From positions 1-41,992 of the forward strand of contig UYFQ01000045.1 in NCBI GenBank assembly GCA_900617105.1: DNA of 41,992 nt. The letters run 5' to 3'. This document shows positions 10,690 through 21,136 of this stretch, in pieces. The first letter of the stretch is position 1; every line of letters begins with the position of its first letter. The notes beneath the pieces are model-generated. The model worked only from the letters and a program-made list of their open reading frames with translations, had not been told where the DNA came from and ran no database searches. Position numbers and translations under genes: made by a program. Source of the stretch: Hydrurus foetidus. Lineage: Eukaryota.

Positions 10690-11884
10690 GTTTGCTTACG
10701 AGTCCTCTGTAAGTCGGGTAATATATGCGCTATTCACAGGTATGCATATTCAGGTCTTTCTGAGATATGCAATCCGTTCTATTCGTCTTTCAGTTCGCCT
10801 GAAATCAATATAACGCCTGAATGAGCGTTACACATAAAGCGTTCTCATTCTTGACATCTATCCCGTTGTCACTTCGTATACTCCGTGCAATTAGTTTTTT
10901 GGCCACTTCTCCACTTGTGACGTGGATCACTAATCTCGCGCAATCATGCACTTAGTAACCCTCAGAATCCCTATTTGCGGTCAATCGAAGTAATTATAAT
11001 ATGTCACATCTATCTCTGCTATTCCTCATACCGAGCTTGTGGTCACTATTGCGGATTGTGCAAATCTCTTCTCGACATGAATCAAAAGGGCCGCATGGCT
11101 GATTGAAGGTGCAATTGCGGGCGTAATAGGTGATGGTTTTTGCTGTTGAGAGTTGAGAGAGAAGAGATTGTGAGAATTGAGAATTGAGAATTGAGAGGTA
11201 ACATCCCAACAGAGGGTTACCGTAGCAAGCTGACACCTCGAAAGCAGAATTCCCCCTCATTTTATTTATTTTTATTTATGAAACCTGTAGCGGCGTAAAA
11301 CTTTCTCAGTTGTGTAAAACTGTTGAAATTAAAAGAATAAGCACTTAGAACTGTCGCCCAAGTGTTGACGGGGCATTCTGAGACAGTCGTTGACATATAT
11401 TTTTTGATGGGGTCATGTTCATTGTTCATATGTGACACATTGTAATTTTACTTTCATTGAGGACATAACCATGTAAAGTTGCGATGCAATTAATTACAAC
11501 ATTTCATTGAATTGTTATTTCATTAACAATTCCGCTTTGCGTTTTATTTGACGAAATCGCTTGATTGTAAAACACCGATACCCACTTGATTACTCCAGTC
11601 AATTATTTTCATCACTGGTTTTCATCAATGATGTACACCAAATTGATGTGAAACCGAAAACGCATAATCATTTCAGCAGCCAACTATTTACTTATGTAAC
11701 TATCTCAATAACTCCGTTCTGTAAATTTAGCACCGAACTATTTCGTTAAATATCAAATTTTGTATTTAAAAATATTACATCAAAGTGGGTCATTATATAT
11801 ACCTCAACAGAGATACATTTCGACAACTGCATCCATAGTAACGAAACTTCCTACGCGATGCTCAGGCATTCGTTATCAAGTTAT

Positions 11885-12664
11885 CTACGCGCACGTGCAT
11901 ACTGGTGCACTGCATGACACGGCACTCGATGTGCAAACAGGAGGTAGTGGATCGCTGGCTGTCGAGTCGACATCATCCACACATGCCAAAATAGCAGGTG
12001 CGCAGACCATTGGAGTGCAAGTTATCACGCAATTCACTGCGGCGATCATTGTGACTCCTGGTGCTCCGCTCACTCCTTGAAGGCCTTGGGAGCCGGTAGC
12101 GCCAGTACTGCCAGCCGTCCCCTGACTGCCCATCGCGCCAGTGACGCCTGTCCTTCCTGCAGCTCCTGCTCCAAGTTTGATAGATTGAGTTCTGACACAA
12201 GATTGTGGAGCGCGACGTTCTAGGGTATCACATAGTTATTCAATATGTATATGACCTGTAGCTCCAATTGCGCCAGTTGGGCCTTGGGGACCTTGAGGGC
12301 CAACTGAGGAGCTCCCTCCGACATTTGGTATGATGTCAGGTCCAATTGGAATAATCGGAGGGTTACTCAATATTTGTATTGGCACATAGGGAGTGTTTGT
12401 GAAGACGGGTAAGGAGACTGGGGATTGTGTTCCTTTCGGCGATTTCGCTTTCGGAGATTTCGATGTCGGAGATTTCGATGTCTTCGAGATCTTCTCGGCA
12501 TTCTGCAATTTGCGTTATGTCACCCAGTCAGATTCGCCACAGTTTCAAGGTTGAGTGGTTGCATTCACCTTCAGAAATGCGCTACCACTTGGTGCTGAAG
12601 TTGATGGGGACAGAGCAAGCAAAAGGATCAATGAGGCAAATTGGAGGTACATTTGAATGAACAT
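11885..12664 (-). CDS. Secreted short collagen-like protein, copy 2
   Basis: Same exon structure as copy 1 at offset +1975, with a few substitutions (GNQ>GSQ, LTC>LAC, CMCA>CTCA). Confidence 0.85.
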
Positions 12665-13852
12665 GTTTGCTTACGAGTCCTCTGTAAGTCGGGTAATATA
12701 TGCGCTATCCACAGGTATGCATATTCAGGTCTTTCTGAGATATGCAATCCGTTCTATTCGTCTTTCAGTTCGCCTGAAATCAATATAACGCCTGAATGAG
12801 CGTTACACATAAAGCGTTCTCATTCTTGACATCTATCCCGTTGTCATTTCGTATACTCCGTGCAATTAGTTTTTTGGCCACTTCTCCACTTGTGACGTGG
12901 ATCACTAATCTCGCGCAATCATGCACTTAGTAACCCTCAGAATCCCTATTTGCGGTCAATCGAAGTAATTATAATATGTCACATCTATCTCTGCTATTCC
13001 TCATACCGAGCTTGTGGTCACCATTGCGGATTGTGCAAATCTCTTCTCGACATGAATCAAAAGGGCCGCATGGCTAATTGACGGTGTAATAGCGGGCGCT
13101 ATAGGTGATGGATTTTGCTGTTGAGAGAGAAGAGAGTTGTGAGAATTGAGAATTGAGAATGAGAGGTAACATCCCAACAGAGGGTTACCGTAGCAAGCTG
13201 ACACCTCGAAAGCAGAATTCCTCCTCATTTTATTTATTTTTATTTATGAAACCTGTAGCGGCGTAAAACTTTCTCAGTTGTGTAAAACTATTGAAATTAA
13301 AAGAATAAGCACTTAGAACTGTCGCCCAAGTGTTGACGGGGCATTCTGAGACAGTCGTTGACATATATTTTTTGATGGGGTCATGTTCATTGTTCATAAG
13401 TGACACATTGTAATTTTACTTTCATTGAGGACATAACCATGTAAAGTTGCGATGCAATTAATTATATCATTTTATTGAATTGTTATTTCATTAACAATTC
13501 CGCTTTTCGTTTAATTTGACGAAATCGCCTGATTGTAGAACACCGATACCCACTTGATTACTCCAGTCAATTATTTTCATCACTGGTTTTCATCAATGAT
13601 GTACACCAAATTGATGTGCAACCGAAAACGCATAATCCTTTCAGCAGCCAACTATTTACTTACGTAACTATCTCAATAACTCCGTTCTGTAAATTTAGCA
13701 CCGAACTATTTCGTTAAATATCAAATTTTGTATTTAAAAATATTACATCAAAGTGGGTCATTATATATACCTCAACAGAAATACATTTCGACAACTGCAT
13801 CCATAGTAACGAAACTTCCTACGCGATGCTCAGGCATTCGATATCAAGTTAT

Positions 13853-14632
13853 CTACGCGCACATGCATACTGGTGCACTGCATGACACGGCACTCGATGT
13901 GCAAACAGGAGGTAGTGGATCGCTGGCTGTCGAGTCGACATCATCCACACATGTCAAAATAGCAGGGGCGCAGACCATTGGAGTGCAAGTTATCACGCAA
14001 TTCACTGCGGCGATCATTGTGACTCCTGGTGCTCCGCTCACTCCTTGAAGGCCTTGGGAGCCGGTAGCGCCAGTACTGCCAGCCGTCCCCTGATTGCCCA
14101 TCGCGCCAGTGACGCCTGTCCTTCCTGCAGCTCCTGCTCCAAGATTGATAGATTGAGTTCTGACACAAGATTGTGGAGCGCGACATTCTAGGGTATCACA
14201 TAGTTATTCAATATGTATATGACCTGTAGCTCCAATTGCGCCAGTTGGGCCTTGGGGACCTTGAGGGCCAACTGAGGAGCTCCCTCCGACATTTGGTATG
14301 ATGTCAGGTCCAATTGGAATAATCGGAGGGTTACTCAGTATTTGTATCGGCACATAGGGAGTGTTTGTGAAGACGGGTAAGGAGACTGGGGATTGTGTTC
14401 CTTTCGGCGATTTCGCTTTCGGAGATTTCGATGTCGGAGATTTCGATGTCTTCGAGATCTTCTCGGTATTCTGCAATTTGCGTTATGTCACCCAATCAGA
14501 TTTGCCACAGTTTCAAGGTTGAGTGGTTGCATTCACCTTCAGAAATGCGCTACCACTTGGTGCTGAAGTTGATGGGGACAGAGCAAGCAAAAGGATCAAT
14601 GAGGCAAATTGGAGGTACATTTGAATGAACAT
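13853..14632 (-). CDS. Secreted short collagen-like protein, copy 3
   Basis: Same exon structure as copy 1 at offset +3943, with an NAE>NTE substitution. Confidence 0.85.
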
Positions 14633-15211
14633 GTTTGCTTACGAGTCCTCTGTAAGTCGGGTAATATATGCGCTATCCACAGGTATGCATATTCAGGTCT
14701 TTCTGAGATATGCAATCCGTTCTATTCGTCTTTCAGTTCGCCTGAAATCAATATAACGCCTGAATGAGCGTTACACATAAAGCGTTCTCATTCTTGACAT
14801 CTATCCCGTTGTCATTTCGTATACTCCGTGCAATTAGTTTTTTGGCCACTTCTCCACTTGTGACGTGGATCACTAATCTCGCGCAATCATGCACTTAGTA
14901 ACCCTCAGAATCCCTATTTGCGGTCAATCGAAGTAATTATAATATGTCACATCTATCTCTGCTATTCCTCATACCGAGCTTGTGGTCACCATTGCGGATT
15001 GTGCAAATCTCTTCTCGACATGAATCAAACGGATTGCGCTGATTAATTGACGGTGCAGTATCGGCTACCGTAGGGTGACTTCGAAGAATATTTATGAACT
15101 GTCGTCGAGTGAGAAGCGCACCGTGTGGGTGTGGAGTGCGGAGTGTGGAAGCACTGCTCACTGCCCACCCCAACAGAATGGACAGAGGGTTATTGTTGCA
15201 AGCTGACACCC

Positions 15212-15614
15212 TCTTGGTAAAACCGTTCCTTTAGGGATAACTGATCCCGGTACTGAACTGGTAGGTTGCTAGTGATTCGTTGAGAATACACCTTGTGAAA
15301 TGCAAGCCTAGCCAGAGCAGCAGAAAAGTCAACTAGTGTAGGTATAATGACGTGATGTCATATAGTCTCTTTTAATAAGAAGTGGTTAGCATGTCAAAAC
15401 ATCCACTTCATCAGCTGTATACTAACTGCTAGTATGCTACTTGGTGTGATTCATCACTCCAACATTTCATTCCTGATGTGACCGCGGGTTGGTGTATAGT
15501 ATCAACCGGTCTACAAGGAATCATAAAACGTATGCCTAAGCTACAACTATCCGGACTGGATATCGTTCATGATATTATCCCCAAAGGGATTCCTAGTCTA
15601 CGCATATCCCAACA
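15212..15614 (-). repeat. Copia 3' LTR (403 bp)
   Basis: Direct repeat of 20734-21136. It reads TGTTGG...CCAAGA on the element strand and is preceded by a short purine-rich tract (AGGGGTG). Confidence 0.95.
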
Positions 15615-15793
15615 CACCCCTAATGTCATCGACATTCAGTCACATGGTTGTTTAGGTATCATGCAAATTATTTATCATCACATGGTGTTAAAACGTGGTA
15701 ATTATCATAACTAATATAGGTTTCTGCGTAGTTATCATCATAACCATATAGTCAAAAATCACGGTGACTTTTTGAGTGTGAGATAAAGAGATG

Positions 15794-18700
15794 TTACTTT
15801 TGTCCCATTATTTTCTTGAACATTTTGTCGAAAATCGCACCTTGCAACGGTTTTGTAAAGTAGTCGGAAGTCATTTCCGCCGTGGGAACATAGACAATGT
15901 CCACTGCACCGTTCTTGATATAGTCCGAGATCCAGAATTTCCGGATCTCGATGAACCTGGTGGTCTCTGCGGTAGACCGACCTTTCGTGAGTAGTGTGAT
16001 ACAGGATTGGTTATCCTGCTCCAATCGCACTGGTTGTGGATCGTATCCTTGAAGGCGGATGAAGTCTGCGAGCCATAATGGGATGTTCATCCCGTCGGAC
16101 ACCGCGATGATCTCAGCCTCCGTGCTCGACTTGGAATTCAGCTTCTGGACCTTGGAACTCGTGATGAAAAATCCCACCCCTAATGTGACGCACATTCCTG
16201 AGGTTGATTTCATGTTGTCGCGATTCGCAAATGCAGCATCAATTGATACCGTGACTCTTGGTGGGAGGTCAGCTTTGAGTCGTAGGGGTACGTCACGTAC
16301 GTACTTCGCATAGCTGATGACCCTGTCGAGCTTCTTGTCATCCTCGTAGGATGGTGCTTTCACTCGTTTTGAGAGTTCGCCCACCACTGTTGTGAGGCTC
16401 GGATGTGCACGCGAGCATGTCCATGCAATGGTTGCGGTGTCGGTGTGATATATTTCTGCATCCTTGGCACTCAACAGCTCACTGTCAGGGGTTCGATCAA
16501 ACAGGTGAGGAGCACCTGGTGAGTGCGGAATTCCAGCGGGTTTGGTTCCGCGGTCTTTGTGAGTCTTCTCTCTTGCAGCGACAATGTCTTGGATCATCCC
16601 TGCTTGTGAAACTTTCACGTATCCTGTTTCACTGTAGTCCCAGGTCAGGCCTAGGTACGATACGATAGGCCCCTGTGTTGTCCTGAATTGGCCGTAAACT
16701 TTTAGCAGGATCTGTTCCATGGCGAGGACAGCGTCCTTGTCAACACACGTCATCTTTAAGTCGTCGACGTAGACAACAATCGTGAATTGCTTTCCTTTGA
16801 TGCTCTTGTTAAAGACGCAAAGGTCGCGCGGGTTGGCCGTGAAACCGTTGGACCGTAGGGTTCCGGCTATTTCCTCATACCACAGTTTGGCAGACTCGAT
16901 ACAGCCATATAGTGCCTTGTTCAGACGTACCAGAATGCTTCCATTGTGCATTCGGTACGCAGCAAATGACTTGTCTTGTCGTACGATTTCATCCGCCACA
17001 TCTTTAGTTATCATCATGTGCAGGATTTTATCCGGTTTATCCAGCGGCATTTTCGCGTTGAGGTACGCGGACCCCACATCACCCACCATAACAAACCGTT
17101 TCTCCGCTGCCGCCAGTTGCGCTACGGTGAATATTGCGGCCATGGAAGCAGTGGGTGATTCGATCTCATCGGGCTTGTAGTCGGTTCGCACTTGCGCGCG
17201 CCCATCGACACAGAACCTGGCCTTGACCTTGTCGATCTCTCGGTTACCCTCCGAGTTTAGTGTGGGTAGGAACTTCTCCGTGACGTTCATGATCGAACGC
17301 AGGATCTTGTTTCGCTGTGGTTGTGTCAGTTGTGACATGTGCACCCCTGAGAATGTGTCCTTTGCGAGGAGCGATTTGACCTCTGACTCGATGGCGAATG
17401 CAGTCTTTTCCGGGAAGAGCTTCAGTCCCCGAGTAACTGACATCATCGACCAAACATGCGGATTGTCGATTTCTTGTGCTTGAGTTGATACTTCTTCCGC
17501 TGTTAAGTTAAGTCGGTCGATTGGTTTCTTCAGTCTGGATGACTTTTCCCTTGGTTCTATGGGTCGAGGTGTGTACTTACGTACGTTCACCGGTGCACTA
17601 TCAAAAGCGTTCTCCTCCGGAATCTCTTCAACGGGCTCCGTTGGTTCCGATATTTCGCCAGAAGTTTCATGTAGGTTTTCTGTGTCTGGAACCGTATCAG
17701 TCTCACCCCGAATCTCCATTGGCGATTGTGTCGGTGGGGATTCAAAACCGATTGGTGCGGTGGGAATTGACGGCGGAAATGGGTCCTGAATGGGTCCGCG
17801 GTCTCCGATTGGTGCCGCTGTCGGTGGTGCTGCACGAGTAATGTTTCCGACGGCATCATTGTCGACATCATTTGTGATGTCTCGGTCGTGGAATGTGAAG
17901 ATCGGGTCGATCGAGGTATGCAGCTTGTTCTTTGCCGCCCACCCATTCACGGTAGTGATAACGATGGGTGGGATCGGCAGTACCACATAGTGGTTCGCAT
18001 TGATGGTCGCCCGATTGTCCAACCGAAGGAATGCATGTGTTCCTGTGCCATTCATCTTCGGCTCCAGGTAAAGGCATCCAATCGTGCGCTGGTCCATGCC
18101 ATTCGACATGGTGCGGTTGGTGACCTGACAGTAGGTGCCGAAAGGTGGACCGATGTCCATCTTTGTATCAGCCTTTCTCCCGAAGAAGGCCTCAAAGGGA
18201 GATATTTTGTCCGTTCGTGTGGACGAAGGGAACAACAGTAGTTTCTTGGAGCAGCTCAGCACCAAGTGATTCATCATCGCGTCAGCGACTAGGTAGGGTA
18301 GGCTGTGTATGGTGGCCCGAATGGTCTCCTTCAGGTGGCGGATCATCCGCTCCACGATGTGATCATGCTGACCTGGTCCGACGAGAGAGACGGCCACGCC
18401 CATTGCATTCATGTCTCCTGCAAGCGCCGCGATCCCTCGTTCATTGTCGCTGGTGAAGCGGGTGATCTTGATACTGCGGGATCCGATGGTGCCGAACATC
18501 CTCCTGATGCTTTGTCTCAGGATTGGCGCTGTGAGATTCTCCACGCAAGCAACGAGGACAATGCCAAGAGGATGTGTGATGGAAACCAGGAATGGTTGCT
18601 TATTGACAAACATGACATCACAATGCATGTGTTGCTCATCAGAATCACGGTGACTTTTAAAATCACGGTGACTTTTAAAATCACGGTGACTTTGCAATGC

Positions 18701-18970
18701 TGGAAATGGTCGGGCTCGAACTGTTCGCCCTTTCAGAGCAGCGATGTTGGCACCCCAGATCGCAGTTGCTCGATTAACATCTTCAGGAAGGATGTCGCAG
18801 TTGAGGAATGCTCCGGCGTTCAAAGCAGAGATCATCTTGGCGTCGGGTGGGAATCCAAGGCTTGCTTGTAGCCGTCGGGCATCGAAGCTTCGAGCAACCT
18901 CGCGCTTGGAGTACGCTGCCTCATTTGCCGTTGTTGTTGGCAAAGGAGCTGAGAAAAAGGTCCTCCTGCC
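15794..18970 (-). CDS. Copia Pol ORF2: integrase, reverse transcriptase, RNase H
   Basis: Integrase motifs HCDVMF, TSDNE and VERMIR; RT motifs KARFCVDG, LNKALYG and VYVDDL; RNase H motifs IDAAF, SSTEAE, EQDNQS and SDYFTKPL. The frame is open from a TAA near 18970 and has no ATG of its own at the start. Confidence 0.93.
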   Translation of the reverse strand, partial: GRRTFFSAPLPTTTANEAAYSKREVARSFDARRLQASLGFPPDAKMISALNAGAFLNCDILPEDVNRATAIWGANIAALKGRTVRARPFPALQSHRDFKSHRDFKSHRDSDEQHMHCDVMFVNKQPFLVSITHPLGIVLVACVENLTAPILRQSIRRMFGTIGSRSIKITRFTSDNERGIAALAGDMNAMGVAVSLVGPGQHDHIVERMIRHLKETIRATIHSLPYLVADAMMNHLVLSCSKKLLLFPSSTRTDKISPFEAFFGRKADTKMDIGPPFGTYCQVTNRTMSNGMDQRTIGCLYLEPKMNGTGTHAFLRLDNRATINANHYVVLPIPPIVITTVNGWAAKNKLHTSIDPIFTFHDRDITNDVDNDAVGNITRAAPPTAAPIGDRGPIQDPFPPSIPTAPIGFESPPTQSPMEIRGETDTVPDTENLHETSGEISEPTEPVEEIPEENAFDSAPVNVRKYTPRPIEPREKSSRLKKPIDRLNLTAEEVSTQAQEIDNPHVWSMMSVTRGLKLFPEKTAFAIESEVKSLLAKDTFSGVHMSQLTQPQRNKILRSIMNVTEKFLPTLNSEGNREIDKVKARFCVDGRAQVRTDYKPDEIESPTASMAAIFTVAQLAAAEKRFVMVGDVGSAYLNAKMPLDKPDKILHMMITKDVADEIVRQDKSFAAYRMHNGSILVRLNKALYGCIESAKLWYEEIAGTLRSNGFTANPRDLCVFNKSIKGKQFTIVVYVDDLKMTCVDKDAVLAMEQILLKVYGQFRTTQGPIVSYLGLTWDYSETGYVKVSQAGMIQDIVAAREKTHKDRGTKPAGIPHSPGAPHLFDRTPDSELLSAKDAEIYHTDTATIAWTCSRAHPSLTTVVGELSKRVKAPSYEDDKKLDRVISYAKYVRDVPLRLKADLPPRVTVSIDAAFANRDNMKSTSGMCVTLGVGFFITSSKVQKLNSKSSTEAEIIAVSDGMNIPLWLADFIRLQGYDPQPVRLEQDNQSCITLLTKGRSTAETTRFIEIRKFWISDYIKNGAVDIVYVPTAEMTSDYFTKPLQGAIFDKMFKKIMGQK
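18643..18693. repeat. 18-bp tandem repeat (AATCACGGTGACTTTTAA, about 2.8 copies), in frame within the integrase
   Basis: It translates as SHRDFKSHRDFKSHRD. The same 18-mer recurs at 15755-15772. Confidence 0.95.
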
Positions 18971-20706
18971 TTATTGAGAGCGATGGCGGGGTTGGCTGAC
19001 TCTAATCTCGACTTGTTGGAGCTCTCATGTCGAGGCTCTGGTCGTGATGCAAGATCGCAAACATAGAGTCCACCTCGATGTTGAAAGCGATAGGTTTGTT
19101 TTGCTGTGTGCACCAGGAAAGCATCTTGATCAACATGTCCTCCACGTTGGAACTCCCAGTTGTGTCCTTGCAAAAGGATATCCGAAGCTGAAATGATGGA
19201 GAGCGCCGCCCGATCATCGAAGTGAACGATGCCGATATCACCAAGTCTGCCGACTTTTGTCACTGTCAAGGATCCATGCAAGCCCTTAAACACAGTTGGC
19301 CGACACGTCCAAATCTCTGAGAGAACATCAGCGCTTGTGATGATTGTGCCGGTGGCACCGGTGTCGAAAATCGCTTCGGTCGATGATGGTTGGATTGAAG
19401 TTCGGGTGGCCTGTAGACTGATTCCGTCACCGTCGTCGGGTGGAGATCCTTTCAACGCGACATTGCATCTTCGATCATCATCTTCCATTTCTTCATCCTC
19501 TTCATCATGCATGTTGCCAAATGATGTGTAATATGAGGAGTGACTGCTCGCCTTGTTTGCCGGCTCTGGATTTTTCTCAAATCGCACCTTTTTCGGCTCG
19601 TCTTTCGCCTTGCTCCGGCACTCAGATTTTCGGTGGCCAAACTTGCCACAGTTGAAACACTCGCCTTCGAACTTTGTTTTTGGCTTGTCTTTGTCAGATT
19701 CGGCCTTGGTGTCTTTGCTGGAAGGTTTGTCTTTGTGACCCTTGCCCTTCCCCAACTGCTTGCCACCCTTTTTTCCTCGATCTTCAGTCTGCTGCTGAGC
19801 TCCGAATGCTGAATGTGGCGTTGTCGGAGGGAGGGTTGCATTGATATTCTCAATGAATGATGTCTCAAATCTCGTTGCTCGCAGGATTGCGTCGACGAGG
19901 GTCGCAGGGTATATGTCTCGATCCGTTTGCTGTTTGGCATTGATCAGGTACATCTTGTAACCGTGGTATGCCGGAACTGATCCATCGAGCCCATCAATGA
20001 AGCGCATTGATTGCTGCTTTGGCTTTGGCTGTTCTTCAACTGGTATTCCAGTTGTGGTGAGTCTTTCGAATGTTTTGATAGCACGCCGGCCATAATTCAG
20101 AATCACCTCCCCATGTTCCATTTTCAGTCCAAACCACTCGCTGAGGGCTTTCTGACGGTCGAGTTCTTCATTTCCATCTGGCCGTGCCGTGACAAGGCGC
20201 TTAATTATGTTGAGTAATTCGAGTGGGTCATCTTCTTCGCAGGCTATGAAAGCGGCGTCGACGGAGAGTAGCGAGTTGAGCTGTGCTGAGCACATGTCTC
20301 GAATGACTGTGTAGCAGTTCTCCTTGTCGATCCTCTGTTGGGTCATCAACTTGAGGTATTGATTGTTCCTCCCGCTGAGGAGTCCCATGAAGATCTTGTT
20401 TTTGTTTCCTGATGGATCGTTCGCTTCCACGATCGCCTCCAGCTCTGCCTCAGTGGCCATAGGTGGTAGGTGCTTCCGGTAAGCCGGTGCAACAGTCACT
20501 TTCATCGGATCCTGACAGATTGACTTTAGATCCTGATAGTTGTCCCTGCAGTACGCCTTCAGCTTAGCTATGATTGAATCCCACTGCTTGTGGCAATCAT
20601 GGCTGATCTCAACCAATCCTGCGGGTATGATCCTCTTTTCAAGGGATCCATTTGCACCCTCATCTTTCCTCGGTGGCGCACCACCTTTGGACCCTTTTTG
20701 ACTCAT
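18832..20706 (-). CDS. Copia ORF1: Gag plus aspartic protease
   Basis: Zinc knuckle CFNCGKFGHRKSEC, protease IFDTGAT and GGLY motif. The ATG is 27 nt after the 5' LTR. Confidence 0.93.
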   Translation of the reverse strand: MSQKGSKGGAPPRKDEGANGSLEKRIIPAGLVEISHDCHKQWDSIIAKLKAYCRDNYQDLKSICQDPMKVTVAPAYRKHLPPMATEAELEAIVEANDPSGNKNKIFMGLLSGRNNQYLKLMTQQRIDKENCYTVIRDMCSAQLNSLLSVDAAFIACEEDDPLELLNIIKRLVTARPDGNEELDRQKALSEWFGLKMEHGEVILNYGRRAIKTFERLTTTGIPVEEQPKPKQQSMRFIDGLDGSVPAYHGYKMYLINAKQQTDRDIYPATLVDAILRATRFETSFIENINATLPPTTPHSAFGAQQQTEDRGKKGGKQLGKGKGHKDKPSSKDTKAESDKDKPKTKFEGECFNCGKFGHRKSECRSKAKDEPKKVRFEKNPEPANKASSHSSYYTSFGNMHDEEDEEMEDDDRRCNVALKGSPPDDGDGISLQATRTSIQPSSTEAIFDTGATGTIITSADVLSEIWTCRPTVFKGLHGSLTVTKVGRLGDIGIVHFDDRAALSIISASDILLQGHNWEFQRGGHVDQDAFLVHTAKQTYRFQHRGGLYVCDLASRPEPRHESSNKSRLESANPAIALNKAGGPFSQLLCQQQRQMRQRTPSARLLEASMPDGYKQALDSHPTPR

Positions 20707-20733
20707 GATAAAGTCTTTAAAGGCTTCTTATTA

Positions 20734-21136
20734 TCTTGGTAAAACCGTTCCTTTAGGGATAACTGATCCCGGTACTGAACTGGTAGGTTGCTAGTGATTC
20801 GTTGAGAATACACCTTGTGAAATGCAAGCCTAGCCAGAGCAGCAGAAAAGTCAACTAGTGTAGGTATAATGACGTGATGTCATATAGTCTCTTTTAATAA
20901 GAAGTGGTTAGCATGTCAAAACATCCACTTCATCAGCTGTATACTAACTGCTAGTATGCTACTTGGTGTGATTCATCACTCCAACATTTCATTCCTGATG
21001 TGACCGCGGGTTGGTGTATAGTATCAACCGGTCTACAAGGAATCATAAAACGTATGCCTAAGCTACAACTATCCGGACTGGATATCGTTCATGATATTAT
21101 CCCCAAAGGGATTCCTAGTCTACGCATATCCCAACA
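20734..21136 (-). repeat. Copia 5' LTR (403 bp)
   Basis: Direct repeat of 15212-15614. Confidence 0.95.

Larger units (their letters stand above)
9845..15029. repeat. Tandem triplication, unit about 1.97 kb (units start near 9845, 11820 and 13788)
   Basis: Near-identical sequence and ORF sets recur at offsets +1975 and +3943. Near-identity of the third unit stops at about 15029. Confidence 0.97.
15212..21136 (-). mobile_element. Full-length young Ty1/Copia LTR retrotransposon (element 2) with 5-bp TSD CACCC
   Basis: Two 403-bp LTRs with no difference seen. TSD CACCC lies at 15207-15211 and 21137-21141. Domain order is Gag-PR-IN-RT-RH. Paralogous empty sites (gctgacacctcga) are present in tandem units 1 and 2. 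Confidence 0.97.

Noticed and set aside
15212..15620. 409-bp Copia LTR including the trailing CACCCC
   Set aside because: The TSD and the paralogous empty sites show CACCC at 21137 is host sequence, so the LTR is 403 bp.
16059..20217. Numerous plus-strand and alternative-frame ORFs inside the Copia
   Set aside because: They are antisense or overlapping shadows of the two long ORFs, with no motifs.
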